From the sequence record PP596839.1: a stretch of DNA of 64,000 nucleotides; one strand, written 5' to 3'. How positions within the stretch are numbered: position 1 is the stretch's first letter; each line of letters opens with the position of its first letter. The position numbers and the translations under genes are program-made. This stretch comes from Pseudomonas phage WP1. Shown piece by piece: positions 54,241 through 63,763 of this stretch. A model generated the notes under the pieces. The model saw only the letters and a list, made by a program, of their open reading frames with translations. It was not told where the DNA came from and did no database searches.

Positions 54241-55134
54241 ATGGAACAGAAGGACCAGAACGAACAGACCCAAGGCGAAGAGCTGACCAAGGAACAGGCC
54301 GCTGCCCTGCGCAAGGCCGAGAAGGCCGCTGAGCGCCAACGTAAAGAGCGCGAGCGCGCCGAGAAGGCCGAAGCCAAGGCCAAGGAAGCCGAGCAGAAGA
54401 AAGCCGAGCGCGAAGAGAAGCGCAAGGCCGAGCGCGAGAAGAAGGAAGCCGAGCGCGCCGAGAAGGCGAAGGAAAAGGCCGCCGCCAAGGAAGCCGAGCG
54501 CGCTGAAAAGGCCAAGGCGAAGGAAGCCGAGCAGGCCGAGAAGGCGAAGGCCAAAGAAGCCGAGCGCGAGCAGAAGAAGGCCGAGAAGGAAGCCGAGCGC
54601 GCCAAGAAGGCCGAAGAGAAGAAGGCCGCGCAGGAAGCCCAGAAAGTCGCTCGCGAAGAAGAGCGCAAGCGCCTGGCCGAAGAGAAGAAGGCAGAGCGCG
54701 AAGCCGAGAAGAAGCGTCGCAAGGAAGAGCAGGAAGAGCGCCGCGCGAAGGCCGAAGCCCGCCGCGAAGACCTGAAGTCCAGTGGTTCGCGCCGTCCGCG
54801 TGCCACCCACTTCATCCCGACCGGCGACGGCCACGGTACTCCGCAGGCCTTCTCGACTCGCGGCAGGGTGTCTGCTTACATCAACGAGCACTGCACCGTT
54901 GGTGAGCCGGTCGAAATCGAATCCTTCGGCGAGCAGGTGGCCCACCTGCTGTACGGCACCTCGGTTCGCAGCTACCTGAGCAGGCTGGAAATAATGGGCT
55001 GGGTCGATCTGGTTGCCATCGCTTCGAAGGAAGACGAAGCTGGCCAGGGCGATGACGAGAAGGCCGGTGACGAAGGCCAGGAGCACGACGGTGATGATCA
55101 GGGCGCCGACGGTTCCGATGGTGAAGAAGAGTAA
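54241..55134 (+). CDS. ER/K-rich single-alpha-helix (TolA-like) protein with a C-terminal globular domain and acidic tail (297 aa, intact)
   Basis: About 170 aa of AEKAKAKEAE / EREKKEAERAEKAKEKAA repeats, then ..HFIPTGDGHGTPQAFSTRGRVSAYINEHCTVGEPVEIESFGEQVAHLLYGTSVRSYLSRLEIMGWVDLVAIAS.. and DEGQEHDGDDQGADGSDGEEE. Confidence 0.6.
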   Translation: MEQKDQNEQTQGEELTKEQAAALRKAEKAAERQRKERERAEKAEAKAKEAEQKKAEREEKRKAEREKKEAERAEKAKEKAAAKEAERAEKAKAKEAEQAEKAKAKEAEREQKKAEKEAERAKKAEEKKAAQEAQKVAREEERKRLAEEKKAEREAEKKRRKEEQEERRAKAEARREDLKSSGSRRPRATHFIPTGDGHGTPQAFSTRGRVSAYINEHCTVGEPVEIESFGEQVAHLLYGTSVRSYLSRLEIMGWVDLVAIASKEDEAGQGDDEKAGDEGQEHDGDDQGADGSDGEEE

Positions 55135-55172
55135 GCCGCCGCTCTTCTGAGACTGAATCGTCTAGCTCTTCA

Positions 55173-55200
55173 AGGGACTAATGAAATGGGTCCCTTTTTT
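55173..55200 (+). terminator. Weak rho-independent terminator (GGGAC-loop-GTCCC then TTTTTT)
   Basis: agGGACtaatgaaatgGGTCCCttttttat. Confidence 0.4.
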
Positions 55201-55237
55201 ATCCTCTCAAGTTCTGTACACTCATAAGGAACAGATC

Positions 55238-56101
55238 ATGATTCCTGATCATAAAGTCATCATTGTAGGCGCCGGACTCGCCGGACTTATCGCCGCGCAT
55301 CGCTTCCCTCAAGCTCAAATCATCGACGCGGCGACGCCGGAGAACAAAGAGCGTCACAACGCGCTCTTGCGATTCCGCTCACCAGTCATCGGCCAGCTCA
55401 CCGGCATCCCATTCCGCGAAGTCACCGTACACAAGGCCATCTACATTGACGGCGGGTTCGCTCCCCAGCCGCGCATCGACTACTGCAGCATGTACTCCAG
55501 GAAAGTAACGGGCGGCCTGTCGGATCGGTCCACCTGGAATATGGCGACCGAAAAGCGTTGGATCGCTCCGGCCGACTACCATGAGCAGCTGGTCGCTAAG
55601 CTGGCGAATCGCATCAGCTGGGGAAGGCCTTTCGACGCCTCTTTCTTCCAGTTCCTTCGCCGGCAAGATGATCACGTTAATATCATCAGCACAGCACCAT
55701 TCCGCGCCAACCTGGCTGCGGCAGGACTGGACCTGGGTATCGACCCGTCATTCGGCGAAGGCACTGCCATCGTCGTGAGTCGGTACAGGCTTTCCATTCC
55801 TTGTGATGTCTTCCAGGCGGTGTATTTCCCTGGTCCCGAAGTGGGAACGTTTCGAGCGTCCATCACCGGAGACACCCTTATCGTCGAATCCGTTACTAAG
55901 GGCGTCGTGGAGACTGCCGATGGTGAAATCGAAACCATCGAATGGGACAGCAACTGGGACCTGGATGAAGTTTGCTCGGCCTTCGGCATCAGGAAGAAGA
56001 ATCTCATTCCGGACGGCGAGCCGACCGTCCAGACCAAGGGTAAAATCATTCCGCTCGGTCGCGACGAGCGCGAATCCGATGACCTGGAATCTCACCCATG
56101 A
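55238..56101 (+). CDS. FAD/NAD(P)-binding Rossmann-fold oxidoreductase, specificity unknown (287 aa, intact)
   Basis: N-terminal MIPDHKVIIVGAGLAGLIAAHRF..IIDAA (GxGxxG dinucleotide fold). Conserved upstream motif CTGTACACTCATAAGGAAC. Confidence 0.5.
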   Translation: MIPDHKVIIVGAGLAGLIAAHRFPQAQIIDAATPENKERHNALLRFRSPVIGQLTGIPFREVTVHKAIYIDGGFAPQPRIDYCSMYSRKVTGGLSDRSTWNMATEKRWIAPADYHEQLVAKLANRISWGRPFDASFFQFLRRQDDHVNIISTAPFRANLAAAGLDLGIDPSFGEGTAIVVSRYRLSIPCDVFQAVYFPGPEVGTFRASITGDTLIVESVTKGVVETADGEIETIEWDSNWDLDEVCSAFGIRKKNLIPDGEPTVQTKGKIIPLGRDERESDDLESHP

Positions 56102-56254
56102 AGCCGGCATCTTCTCGCTCGGTCGGTTCGCGACTTGGCGAAACGTCCTCCTGGACGATCTGGTTTCGGACATGGACGTCATCGAGCGCCTGATGACTTC
56201 TTCGTCTTATCAGAAGGCCAAGAAGATGTTCGTGAAATAATTTACACAAAGTGC

Positions 56255-56304
56255 TTTACTTCTTAGCCAGGTGAGAGTAGTATTCCCTCATCGAAACGCG
56301 AAAC
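56255..56304 (+). promoter_or_regulatory. Early promoter and conserved leader (TTTACT-17-TAGTAT; CATCGAAACGCGAAAC)
   Basis: RBS caaaaggaatcgacaaa before ATG 56330. Confidence 0.5.
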
Positions 56305-56329
56305 CCTTCAACCAAAAGGAATCGACAAA

Positions 56330-56560
56330 ATGGCCCGCGAAGTAACCTTCTCCACCGACAAAAACACCACCAAGACCTACGCCACCAAGGCCAATCTCGA
56401 ACGCGCCATCGCCAAGGCCGAATGGCTCGGTGAAAGTGCACGCTACTTCATCCACCTGACCGAGGATGGCCGCCTGACGCCCGTGTTCCTTCTTAACAGT
56501 CTTCCTGCGGGAACTGGCGCGGTGTGGTGCGCCCAGCACGGCTGGAATGTGATAGGTTAA
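56330..56560 (+). CDS. Hypothetical protein (76 aa, intact)
   Basis: MAREVTFSTDKNTTKTYATKANLERAIAKAEWLGESARYFIHLTEDGRLTPVFLLNSLPAGTGAVWCAQHGWNVIG. Confidence 0.5.
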   Translation: MAREVTFSTDKNTTKTYATKANLERAIAKAEWLGESARYFIHLTEDGRLTPVFLLNSLPAGTGAVWCAQHGWNVIG

Positions 56561-56981
56561 TGGCAGTCGATCCTCGCGAGGCAGCGCTCAAGCGGGCGCT
56601 GCTGGCTTTCTTCCGTGACACGCAGGCCCTTGGCGGCGGGAGTCTCACAATAACGGCCCGGATCGTCGGGCCAGAAGGCGACAGGAAGCTTCGCGCCAGT
56701 TATTTCCTGAATGGCGCGAAGCTGAGCCTGTCCGATATCATCGCTAAAGTGGAGGCCGAAGATGGGCCGGATCGTTAACATCAAAGTAGTCATTTCTCGC
56801 ACGACCGAGCGCGACTCCATGGGTTCGCCGTACATCCATTGAGTCTTATCGCACTTTCACCTTCGGCGCCGCCACAACGCTGGTTGCGGCCCTCGACTGG
56901 GTGAAAAGCCAGTGCCCGGAAATCGTTGATATGATCATCTACGAACCGGAAACAGTGGCCGCTCAGCAGGAGCGCTATTAA
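56560..56981 (+). CDS. Two small hypothetical genes (56560-56778 intact, 72 aa; 56765-56981 frameshifted)
   Basis: Overlapping starts and stops (TAATG). Confidence 0.35.
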
Positions 56982-57247
56982 TGTACTCGCCAGACCATCC
57001 TGAAGAGGTTCCCATGTCTTTCCTCGAAATGCAAGTCGACCCGCCGCAAACGCGACAGACAGCGCCGTCTTTCGTTCTGGTAGGCATCCTGTACCTGATT
57101 GGCGATGGGCGCCTGGACGATAAGCCTTTCACTTCGTTCAACCTGTCGTTCGGCAGTCGCGAAGAGGCCGAGCGCGCCCGCGACAAGATTACTGAGCATT
57201 ACCTGGACCGCCGCGATATTCGCGCCGAAATCATCCGCTGCTACTGA
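56981..57247 (+). CDS. Hypothetical protein (88 aa, intact)
   Basis: TAATG overlap with the upstream gene. Confidence 0.45.
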   Translation: MYSPDHPEEVPMSFLEMQVDPPQTRQTAPSFVLVGILYLIGDGRLDDKPFTSFNLSFGSREEAERARDKITEHYLDRRDIRAEIIRCY

Positions 57248-57258
57248 GGATTGCAGTA

Positions 57259-57468
57259 ATGTCCATTGAACTGGTGTACCGGACCTCTGATGGCACTATC
57301 TTCTCGTCCATTGTGCCACGCCGAAGAGCCATGAAGACCGACCTGGAGGCGTGCAGGTTGCTGGCCGAAGAGATCGACAGATACGGTCTACACAAGGAAG
57401 ATGCACAAGCGCTGGCCATTGCGCTGACGGAGAAATTCACTTTCACGCCAATTCCGGAAGATTTCTGA
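57259..57468 (+). CDS. Hypothetical protein (69 aa, intact)
   Basis: MSIELVYRTSDGTIFSSIVPRRRAMKTDLEACRLLAEEIDRYGLHKEDAQALAIALTEKFTFTPIPEDF. Confidence 0.45.
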   Translation: MSIELVYRTSDGTIFSSIVPRRRAMKTDLEACRLLAEEIDRYGLHKEDAQALAIALTEKFTFTPIPEDF

Positions 57469-58183
57469 TGAAAATTTCTCTGATCAGTTACACCCAGAAC
57501 GCCTGGGAACTTCTCCTGGGTACGAAATCAGCCCGCCATGCGCGGCCAAGACCCGGCGACCATGACCGAAGCCGAAAAGCTCGACCACTGGAAGTACATG
57601 GCCTGGATACCATCCGCTCGCCATTCGAATTCGTGGACTTCATTTTCCAGGTCGAGGGCGTGAGCAAGTAACTTCACCCATCAACTCGTTCGGACGCGGA
57701 CCGGGGCTTACCAGCAGGAAACAGGTCGCGCCCTGGAGGTTAGCGCCGTTGTTCAGCCGGAAGCATTCCGCTGGGATTTCGATGAGCAGGCTACGGCCAA
57801 TGGCGAGCCGGACCCGACCTATCACGCCCGCGAAGAGCTGAACCGCCTGTGGCATTATGCCATCGCCGACGCGCAGACCAGTTACCAGAAGCTCTCTGGA
57901 GGCAGGCGCATCGCTCCAGGATGCTCGTGCCATCATCCCTTCCAGCATGGAAACGAAGATTGCGGCCAAGTTCAACCTGCGGACTCTCAGCGACATGGCG
58001 AAAGTTCGCCTGTGCGTTCGTACGCAAGGGGAGTATCAGGAAGCCTTCCGCGAAATGCGCCGACTGGTTCTGGAAGTCTATCCGATGTTCGATAGCATGC
58101 TCCAGCCGCACTGCGTCGCTACTGGCTCCTGTGCCTTCCCGCGCTATGGATCGAAGGTTCTGAATGAAGATGAGATTCATTGA
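57468..58183 (+). CDS. thyX: Flavin-dependent thymidylate synthase ThyX-like (frameshifted; signature reads RTR instead of RHR)
   Basis: ..MKISLISYTQNAWELLLGT.. ..FEFVDFIFQVEGVSK(frame change)SNFTHQLVRTRTGAYQQET.. ..AIIPSSMETKIAAKFNLRTLSDMAKVRLCVRTQGEYQEAFREMRRLVLEVYPMF... Confidence 0.55.
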
Positions 58184-58584
58184 GCAATCCCATGACCGCT
58201 TCATGTCCGCTCTGGAGACGAAGCCCGGCCAGGTTCCTGTGGTTGAGTTGCCGGTGAAACCGATCTATCAGTGCAAGTTCTATCGTCCATGGATGGATCG
58301 CTCGGCCGAGCAGGAAGAGCTGCGCCGCGAGTTCTGGGGATCGGAGAAACAAGAGGCCAATCCTGTAGCGGTCAGTGGGAAGTCAGTGCAGCATGAAGAT
58401 CATCATCGAGAAGGTTGGTGATGTCGCACAAGTAGAAGTCACCAACGGCGGCGAATCAATTCGCATCACGATGAACGTGAAATCGTTCGACCTGGTACAG
58501 AACGGTGAGCTGTTCCGCCTGACCTCCGATGGCGCGTTCATCGAGAAAACCATCACCCAGAAAGCAGAAAGCGAGGAAATCTGA
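58164..58584 (+). CDS. Two small hypothetical genes (58164-58421 and 58393-58584)
   Basis: Overlapping ORFs. The second reads MKIIIEKVGDVAQVEVTNGGESIRITMNVKSFDLVQNGELFRLTSDGAFIEKTITQKAESEEI. Confidence 0.35.
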
Positions 58585-58614
58585 ATATGGCATCGAAAAC
58601 CAAGGAATGGCATC

Positions 58615-59541
58615 ATGATCTTCGATCTTGACGGATGCGTCTTCGACGATAGCCACCGTAAAAGCTTCGCACTGGAAAAGCAATGGGACGAGTACCACTC
58701 CCGCCTCGACAAGGACAAGCTCAATCCGCATGCAGTAGCACGAATCCGTAACGCCATCGACGCCGACCTGATGATTTTCTTCATCACCGGCCGAACCGAC
58801 AACAACTATTTCCAGACCAGGGCGAAAATCCATCGCGACCTGGGTATCGCCGAACATCGCGAATATGAGCTCATCATGCGGGAGTATGGAAACACCCAGC
58901 CGGCGCCGGAGTTCAAGCGCTCAGTCGCGCTAGATATTCTGAAGAAGATCGACGGCGTGACAAAGATCGTCGCGGCATTCGATGACCGACAGGATATCAT
59001 CGACGCCTACAAGGGCCTGGGAATCGATGCCTATATCCTGAACCTGGAAGGCTGCGATGCGCCGTTCTTCGCCGTCGCGGCCGATAGCGATCCCGGTAGC
59101 GCGCCCAACAACATGGCAGGCGAGCCGTTCTCGGTCGCCCCGGACTCCGCCCCTACCCTCGACGAGGCGTTTGCGCAGGCCCCTTCTCCGCTCTACGAAG
59201 AGCCGAACGAAGACGCAGCCGAAGACGCGGCCGAAGAGGCAACGGCGCCGTTCGCCATGGCATCCAGCTGGCCCGGTGACGGCGCTGCCGATCCCGATGA
59301 TTTCGTGGAGGACGTTCTCAGCAACCTGTCCGCCGCAGCAGGCATTTTCCGCGACCGCCAGGGCGCTTATGGCCGAAATGACCTGATGTATGGCAGGATC
59401 ATGGAAATCCTCTTCCCGAATGGCATGGTGGTGAAGACCGCTGATGATCATCGACTCGCCCTGTTCGTGATGCATATCGTTGGCAAACTCACTCGCCTGG
59501 CGAACAGTGGGTTTGAGGATGATGATTCGGTCTTGGACTGA
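58615..59541 (+). CDS. HAD-superfamily phosphatase (PNKP / 5'-nucleotidase-like) fused by an acidic linker to a C-terminal domain of unknown function (308 aa, intact)
   Basis: Motif I MIFDLDGCVFD, motif II FFITGRT, motif IV AAFDDRQDII. Acidic/Ala/Pro linker. C-terminal ..GRNDLMYGRIMEILFPNGMVVKTADDHRLALFVMHIVGKLTRLANSG... Confidence 0.55.
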   Translation: MIFDLDGCVFDDSHRKSFALEKQWDEYHSRLDKDKLNPHAVARIRNAIDADLMIFFITGRTDNNYFQTRAKIHRDLGIAEHREYELIMREYGNTQPAPEFKRSVALDILKKIDGVTKIVAAFDDRQDIIDAYKGLGIDAYILNLEGCDAPFFAVAADSDPGSAPNNMAGEPFSVAPDSAPTLDEAFAQAPSPLYEEPNEDAAEDAAEEATAPFAMASSWPGDGAADPDDFVEDVLSNLSAAAGIFRDRQGAYGRNDLMYGRIMEILFPNGMVVKTADDHRLALFVMHIVGKLTRLANSGFEDDDSVLD

Positions 59542-59642
59542 TCAGCTATTCAGCGTTTGTCCAATGCCACCATGTATTCCGGCCGCATCACGCCGAAAGA
59601 CGGACAGGAGGCATAAACCCTGCGCCGTTGCAGTATACTCTT

Positions 59643-59671
59643 CAGGCCGGTCGCGAAAGCAGCCGGCCTTT
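59643..59671 (+). terminator. Possible attenuator or weak terminator hairpin
   Basis: GGCCGGtcgcgaaagcagCCGGCCtttcg. Preceded by a TATACTCTTC box at 59634. Confidence 0.25.
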
Positions 59672-59691
59672 CGACATAAGAGGGAACAGGA

Positions 59692-60249
59692 CATGAGATT
59701 CGCCGTATGGGATACTGAGACCACAGGACTCCCGTTCCACCAGAGGGTAAGTCTGCGGAAGCAGCCAGAATCACTGAATTCGCCGGAGTCATCACCGATG
59801 GCGAGACGATTCTGGATGAAGTCGAGTTCACCTGCAACCCTGGGATTGTGATCGAAGAAATCATTACAAAGATCACAGGCCTGAAGAATGAAGACTTAAT
59901 CAAACACCCATCGTTCCTCGATCAACGCCAGAAAGTTCGCGATTTCTTTTCGAAGGCCGACGCAGGTATTGCCCACAACCTTCCGTTCGATAAATTCATG
60001 CTTACCTGCGATCTGGCTCGCGGAAAGCTCGGCCTGGAAGAAGTCAACTTCCCATCGCTCGATATCTGTACTGTAGAAGAGTCGGCGCCATTGTTCGGCC
60101 ACCGCATGCGGCTGCAGGCATCCTGCATGAGCATTACTGCGGACCTTATGTCCAGAAGCACCGGGCATTGGACGACGTGCGGCTGCTCCATCGAAGCCTG
60201 CAAGCACATGGGAGTGTATCGGGCGTATCAAGCAATGGAGGCCGCATAA
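59692..60249 (+). CDS. DnaQ-like 3'-5' proofreading exonuclease (3 or more frame changes)
   Basis: Exo I FAVWDTETTGLP; Exo II AHNLPFDKFML; Exo III ..HRALDDVRLL... Its TAA overlaps the DnaE start (TAATG). Confidence 0.6.
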
Positions 60250-63200
60250 TGTCTTTTCCTCAACTACGCGTTCGTTCCGGCTACTCACATGGCGCCGCAT
60301 GGCGGCAGGTTCCCGGAAATCATTGAGCGTGCCAGAGAAATCGAATCGCCCTTTGTCGCCATCGTCGATGATGGGACCTGGGGCCACGTCCGCTGGGAGC
60401 AGGCAGCTACCAGAGCAGGAATTGCCTCGCGGATTCGGCATGGAAATCCCGATCAAATGCGCCGATGATGGCGAAAAAGAACTGAAGCTGAAGGCCTGGG
60501 CGCTAGCCAAAGATACCAGAAGATTCTATCGCCTTACTTCGAAGACTGTCCAGAATCAAGGCTTGTCGCCCAAAGAATTCCAGGACGCTGACGGCATCAT
60601 CAAGTTCGCCGGCGAGGCCTATGCCTACTTGGACTTGGCCGGGATCGACTACACTGACATCAATCCTGCGTCGATGGTAGCCGCGCACGGCGCTATGGAG
60701 ACGGCCAGGGCGTTCGGCAGGCCTGTGGTGATTACCTCTTACAACGACATGCCGTCCATCGGCCATGTAGATTTTGCTTCGGCCTGGAAGGTTCGGGAAT
60801 CGGTCGGACTTCGCCACATCGCGACTGAGGAAGAGTTGTGGACCCGTCTTCGCCATGTCATGACCCGCGAAGAGTTCGACGAGGCCATGGCCAGTACGCA
60901 ATGCGGTGGCTGAGCAGCTGGCCGATGTAAAACTGGCAAAAGCGCCAATGATCCACCTAGATGGTGATATCGTCGCCCTGGCTCGCGAGGGCCAAGCCTA
61001 CCGTCTCAGTCGCGGCCACATCAAGGAATGGACCCAGGTTTACGAAGATCGGTTCCAGGAAGAAATCAAGCAAATTCAGCTGAAAGACTTCGACAGCTAC
61101 TTCCTGGTGGTAGCCGATCTGGTTGCGTTCGCCAAGAAGCACATGTTGGTCGGCCCGGCTCGCGGCTCTTCGGCCGGCTCTTTGGCCTGCTACCTGCTGG
61201 GTATTACCGAGGCTGATCCGCTCCCGCATCGCCTTCTCTTCCAGCGCTTTATCGACATTTCCCGTTCCGATCTTCCCGATATAGATATCGACTTCGCCGA
61301 TACCCATCGCTATCTAGTGTTCGAATATCTCCAGCAGAAATACGGCACTTGGAACGTGGTGAAGCTCGGGAACATCAACGCGCTGAAGGCCGCGTCGGTT
61401 ATCGCTCACGTCGGGAAGCGCTTCGGCATTCCATTCCATGATACCGACAACATCAAAAACTCGATCACTGAATATACTTCGGCGGACGAACGACATGGAA
61501 AAGGATTGGAGGACACTTTCGAAAAAACTCAACCCGGCCGCGACTTCCGAGAAAAGTATGAGATTGCGTCCGCCTGCATGGGCGACCTCGAAATTCACCC
61601 ATCCCACTCCGGCGTCCACGCGGCAGGAATCCTGGCGTGCAACGATGAAGTAACCGATTTCTGTACGGTTACTCCTGAAGGCATCGCGCAGCTCGACAGC
61701 CTGATTCGGAATATTTGAATCTTCTCAAGATTGACGCGCTAGGCCTTCGAACGCTGGGCGTAATCCAAGATGCGAATTGCGTGACGGCGCAGGAGCTGCA
61801 TGACTTACCGCTGAACGACAAGGCGGTTTTGGACGTTCTCAATGAAGACAGATGTCAGGCATCTTCCAGTTCGAAGGTCAGGCCGTCCGCTCGGTCGCCA
61901 GTGCGATCAACATCACCGCGTTCGAAAACATCGACCACATCACTGGCGCTCGCTCGTCCGGGTCCGTCTGTCTTCGGGCATGGCCACGAAATACATCGAG
62001 CGCGTAGCCGGTCGCGAGCCTGTGACCTATACCATTCCGCAGGTCGAGCAGTATCTTGTCGGGGACGTATGGTGTGTTCCTGTACCAGAACAGGTCATGT
62101 CAGTTGTTAAGGACATTGGTCAGTTCGACTGGGAACAAACGTCGGCGATCCGGAAAGCGATGTCGGCGCGGAAGGGCGAAGAGTTCTTCAACAAGCGCCG
62201 AGAATTGTTCATCGAGGGCGCCAGGACCATAGGCGTCGCCCCGGAAGACGCTCACCGAGTTTGGCAGGAAATGGTGACATTCGGAGCCTGGGGATTCAGC
62301 CGCTCCCACTCGGTAAGCTATGCCGTGGTGACGTACTGGACTTGCTACATGAAGCGGTATCATCGCCTGGAATACGCGGCCGCGTGCCTTCGGGCGGCGA
62401 AGGACGACCAGCAGACTGTGTCTATCCTTCGCGAATTGGCCAAAGAAGGCGTAGAATATACGGCCCTGGACCCGGAGCATTCCGAACTCAACTGGGTGGT
62501 AGCGGACGGACGCCTGATCGGCGGCATAATGAACGCCAAGGGCTTCGGCCCGGCGAAGGCCGAGCGGTTCCTGCGTCTTCGCGAGGAAGTCAGGGCCGCG
62601 AGGATTGCCCTGGCAAATTGCCCGATTTCGGCGCAGGATGTAGAGGATAAGGCCGATGACGTTGCCGCGCTGGAAGCCCAGATTCTTCCTGCGAAAGTCA
62701 GTCGAGACAAAGAACTGGAGAAGCTACTCAAAGCTGATCTAAAGGAGTTGAAGGCTGAGCTGAAGGAGTTGAAGGCGCAATATAAAGAGCTGGCCGGCTC
62801 CCACCTTAAAACACTTCAGGATTGGGAGAAAGTTGCCGCGAGTTTGTCAAATTCCGAGGTTCAGTTCGCGGATCTGAACGAATCTCATGCGCTCTGGGGC
62901 CATGCGCCATGACAATCCGAGGCTGGTTGGAGTAACTTCCGGAAATCCAATTCAGAACATTCGTGATATCCGCGATGGCGACGATGGGCTGGTTATCGTC
63001 AAGCTGGTGAAGAAAGTTCTGTCGGATGAGAATGAACCGATCCGCCAGAAGAAGAGGGCTGACCAAGGGAAGAATCCAGTGTACAAAGGCCAGTCGCAGT
63101 TCCTCGACTTGATGTGCGCTGATGACTCGGTTGACCAGCCGATTCGTTTCAGGATTCGCCCTGAAAAATATCTTCAGTACGGGAAGAATATCGCCGAAGG

Positions 63201-63360
63201 TACGCCGACCGGCTCTTGGTTCCTCATCAAAGGATGGAAGCTCAGCGGAATCGATATGTTCATCGTGAAGGCCGTCAAGCGGATATTGACCGAACGCGAG
63301 AAGGCGAAGCTGGCAGCGCAAGCAGAGAAAGATTCCGAAGAGGGGAATGGTGATGAATGA
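60249..63360 (+). CDS. dnaE: DNA polymerase III alpha subunit (DnaE-type replicative polymerase), broken by at least 5 frame changes
   Basis: PHP N-terminus MSFPQLRVRSGYSHG; ..FLVVADLVAFAKKHMLVGPARGSSAGSLACYLLGITEADPL..LLFQRFIDISRSDLPDIDIDF..; HSGVHAAGILAC; LLKIDALGLRTL; ..FGAWGFSRSHSVSYAVVTYWTCYMKRYH..; C-terminal OB-like domain. Confidence 0.75.
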
Positions 63361-63763
63361 TCGCGAAACGAAAGCAGCGAATGCGTTTAAGCAACGCTCC
63401 CTCGGCCGAATCCTGATCGACTTCCTGGAGACGCGCCGGTCCGGCATGTCCGATTCGATCTGTCTTAATCGTCGCGGCGTCCAGTTCTGGGTTGAGTTCA
63501 AGGCCCTGGAAGCTTGGCCGAAACGCACCTCGACCTGCCCAGTGGCTCGTTGTTTCGAGCCTGGACAGGTCCCTTTCCTTCGGGAGCGGATCGGCTGGGG
63601 TGGTCGAGGCTTCGTCCTGGCAAAAATCGGGACCGATTGGCTGCTTTTGAATCCCATGCTCGATCTGTTCGATCTCAACAGCCGCGACCTGGTGGAAGTC
63701 GCGAGTAATGCAGAAGGACTGGACAACATCATCCAATTCCTCGCCGATCTGGAGAATAAATGA
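63347..63763 (+). CDS. PD-(D/E)xK-type nuclease (VRR-NUC-like), 138 aa intact
   Basis: ..GRILIDFLETRRSGMSDSICLNRRGVQFWVEFKA.. matches the D...E.K pattern. ATGA overlap with dnaE. Confidence 0.4.
   Translation: MVMNDRETKAANAFKQRSLGRILIDFLETRRSGMSDSICLNRRGVQFWVEFKALEAWPKRTSTCPVARCFEPGQVPFLRERIGWGGRGFVLAKIGTDWLLLNPMLDLFDLNSRDLVEVASNAEGLDNIIQFLADLENK

Noticed and set aside
54105-55086. Long minus-strand ORFs (236 and 289 aa) antisense to the ER/K-rich gene
   Set aside because: They are low-complexity mirror translations of the GAAGCCGAGCGCG repeats. The sense ORF has an RBS, a defined C-terminal domain and an operon context.
60249-63360. Intein or self-splicing intron splitting dnaE
   Set aside because: Fragments abut with 1-2 nt frame offsets and no inserted block of 300 or more bp, and no homing-endonuclease ORF is present. 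The pattern matches the global indel noise.
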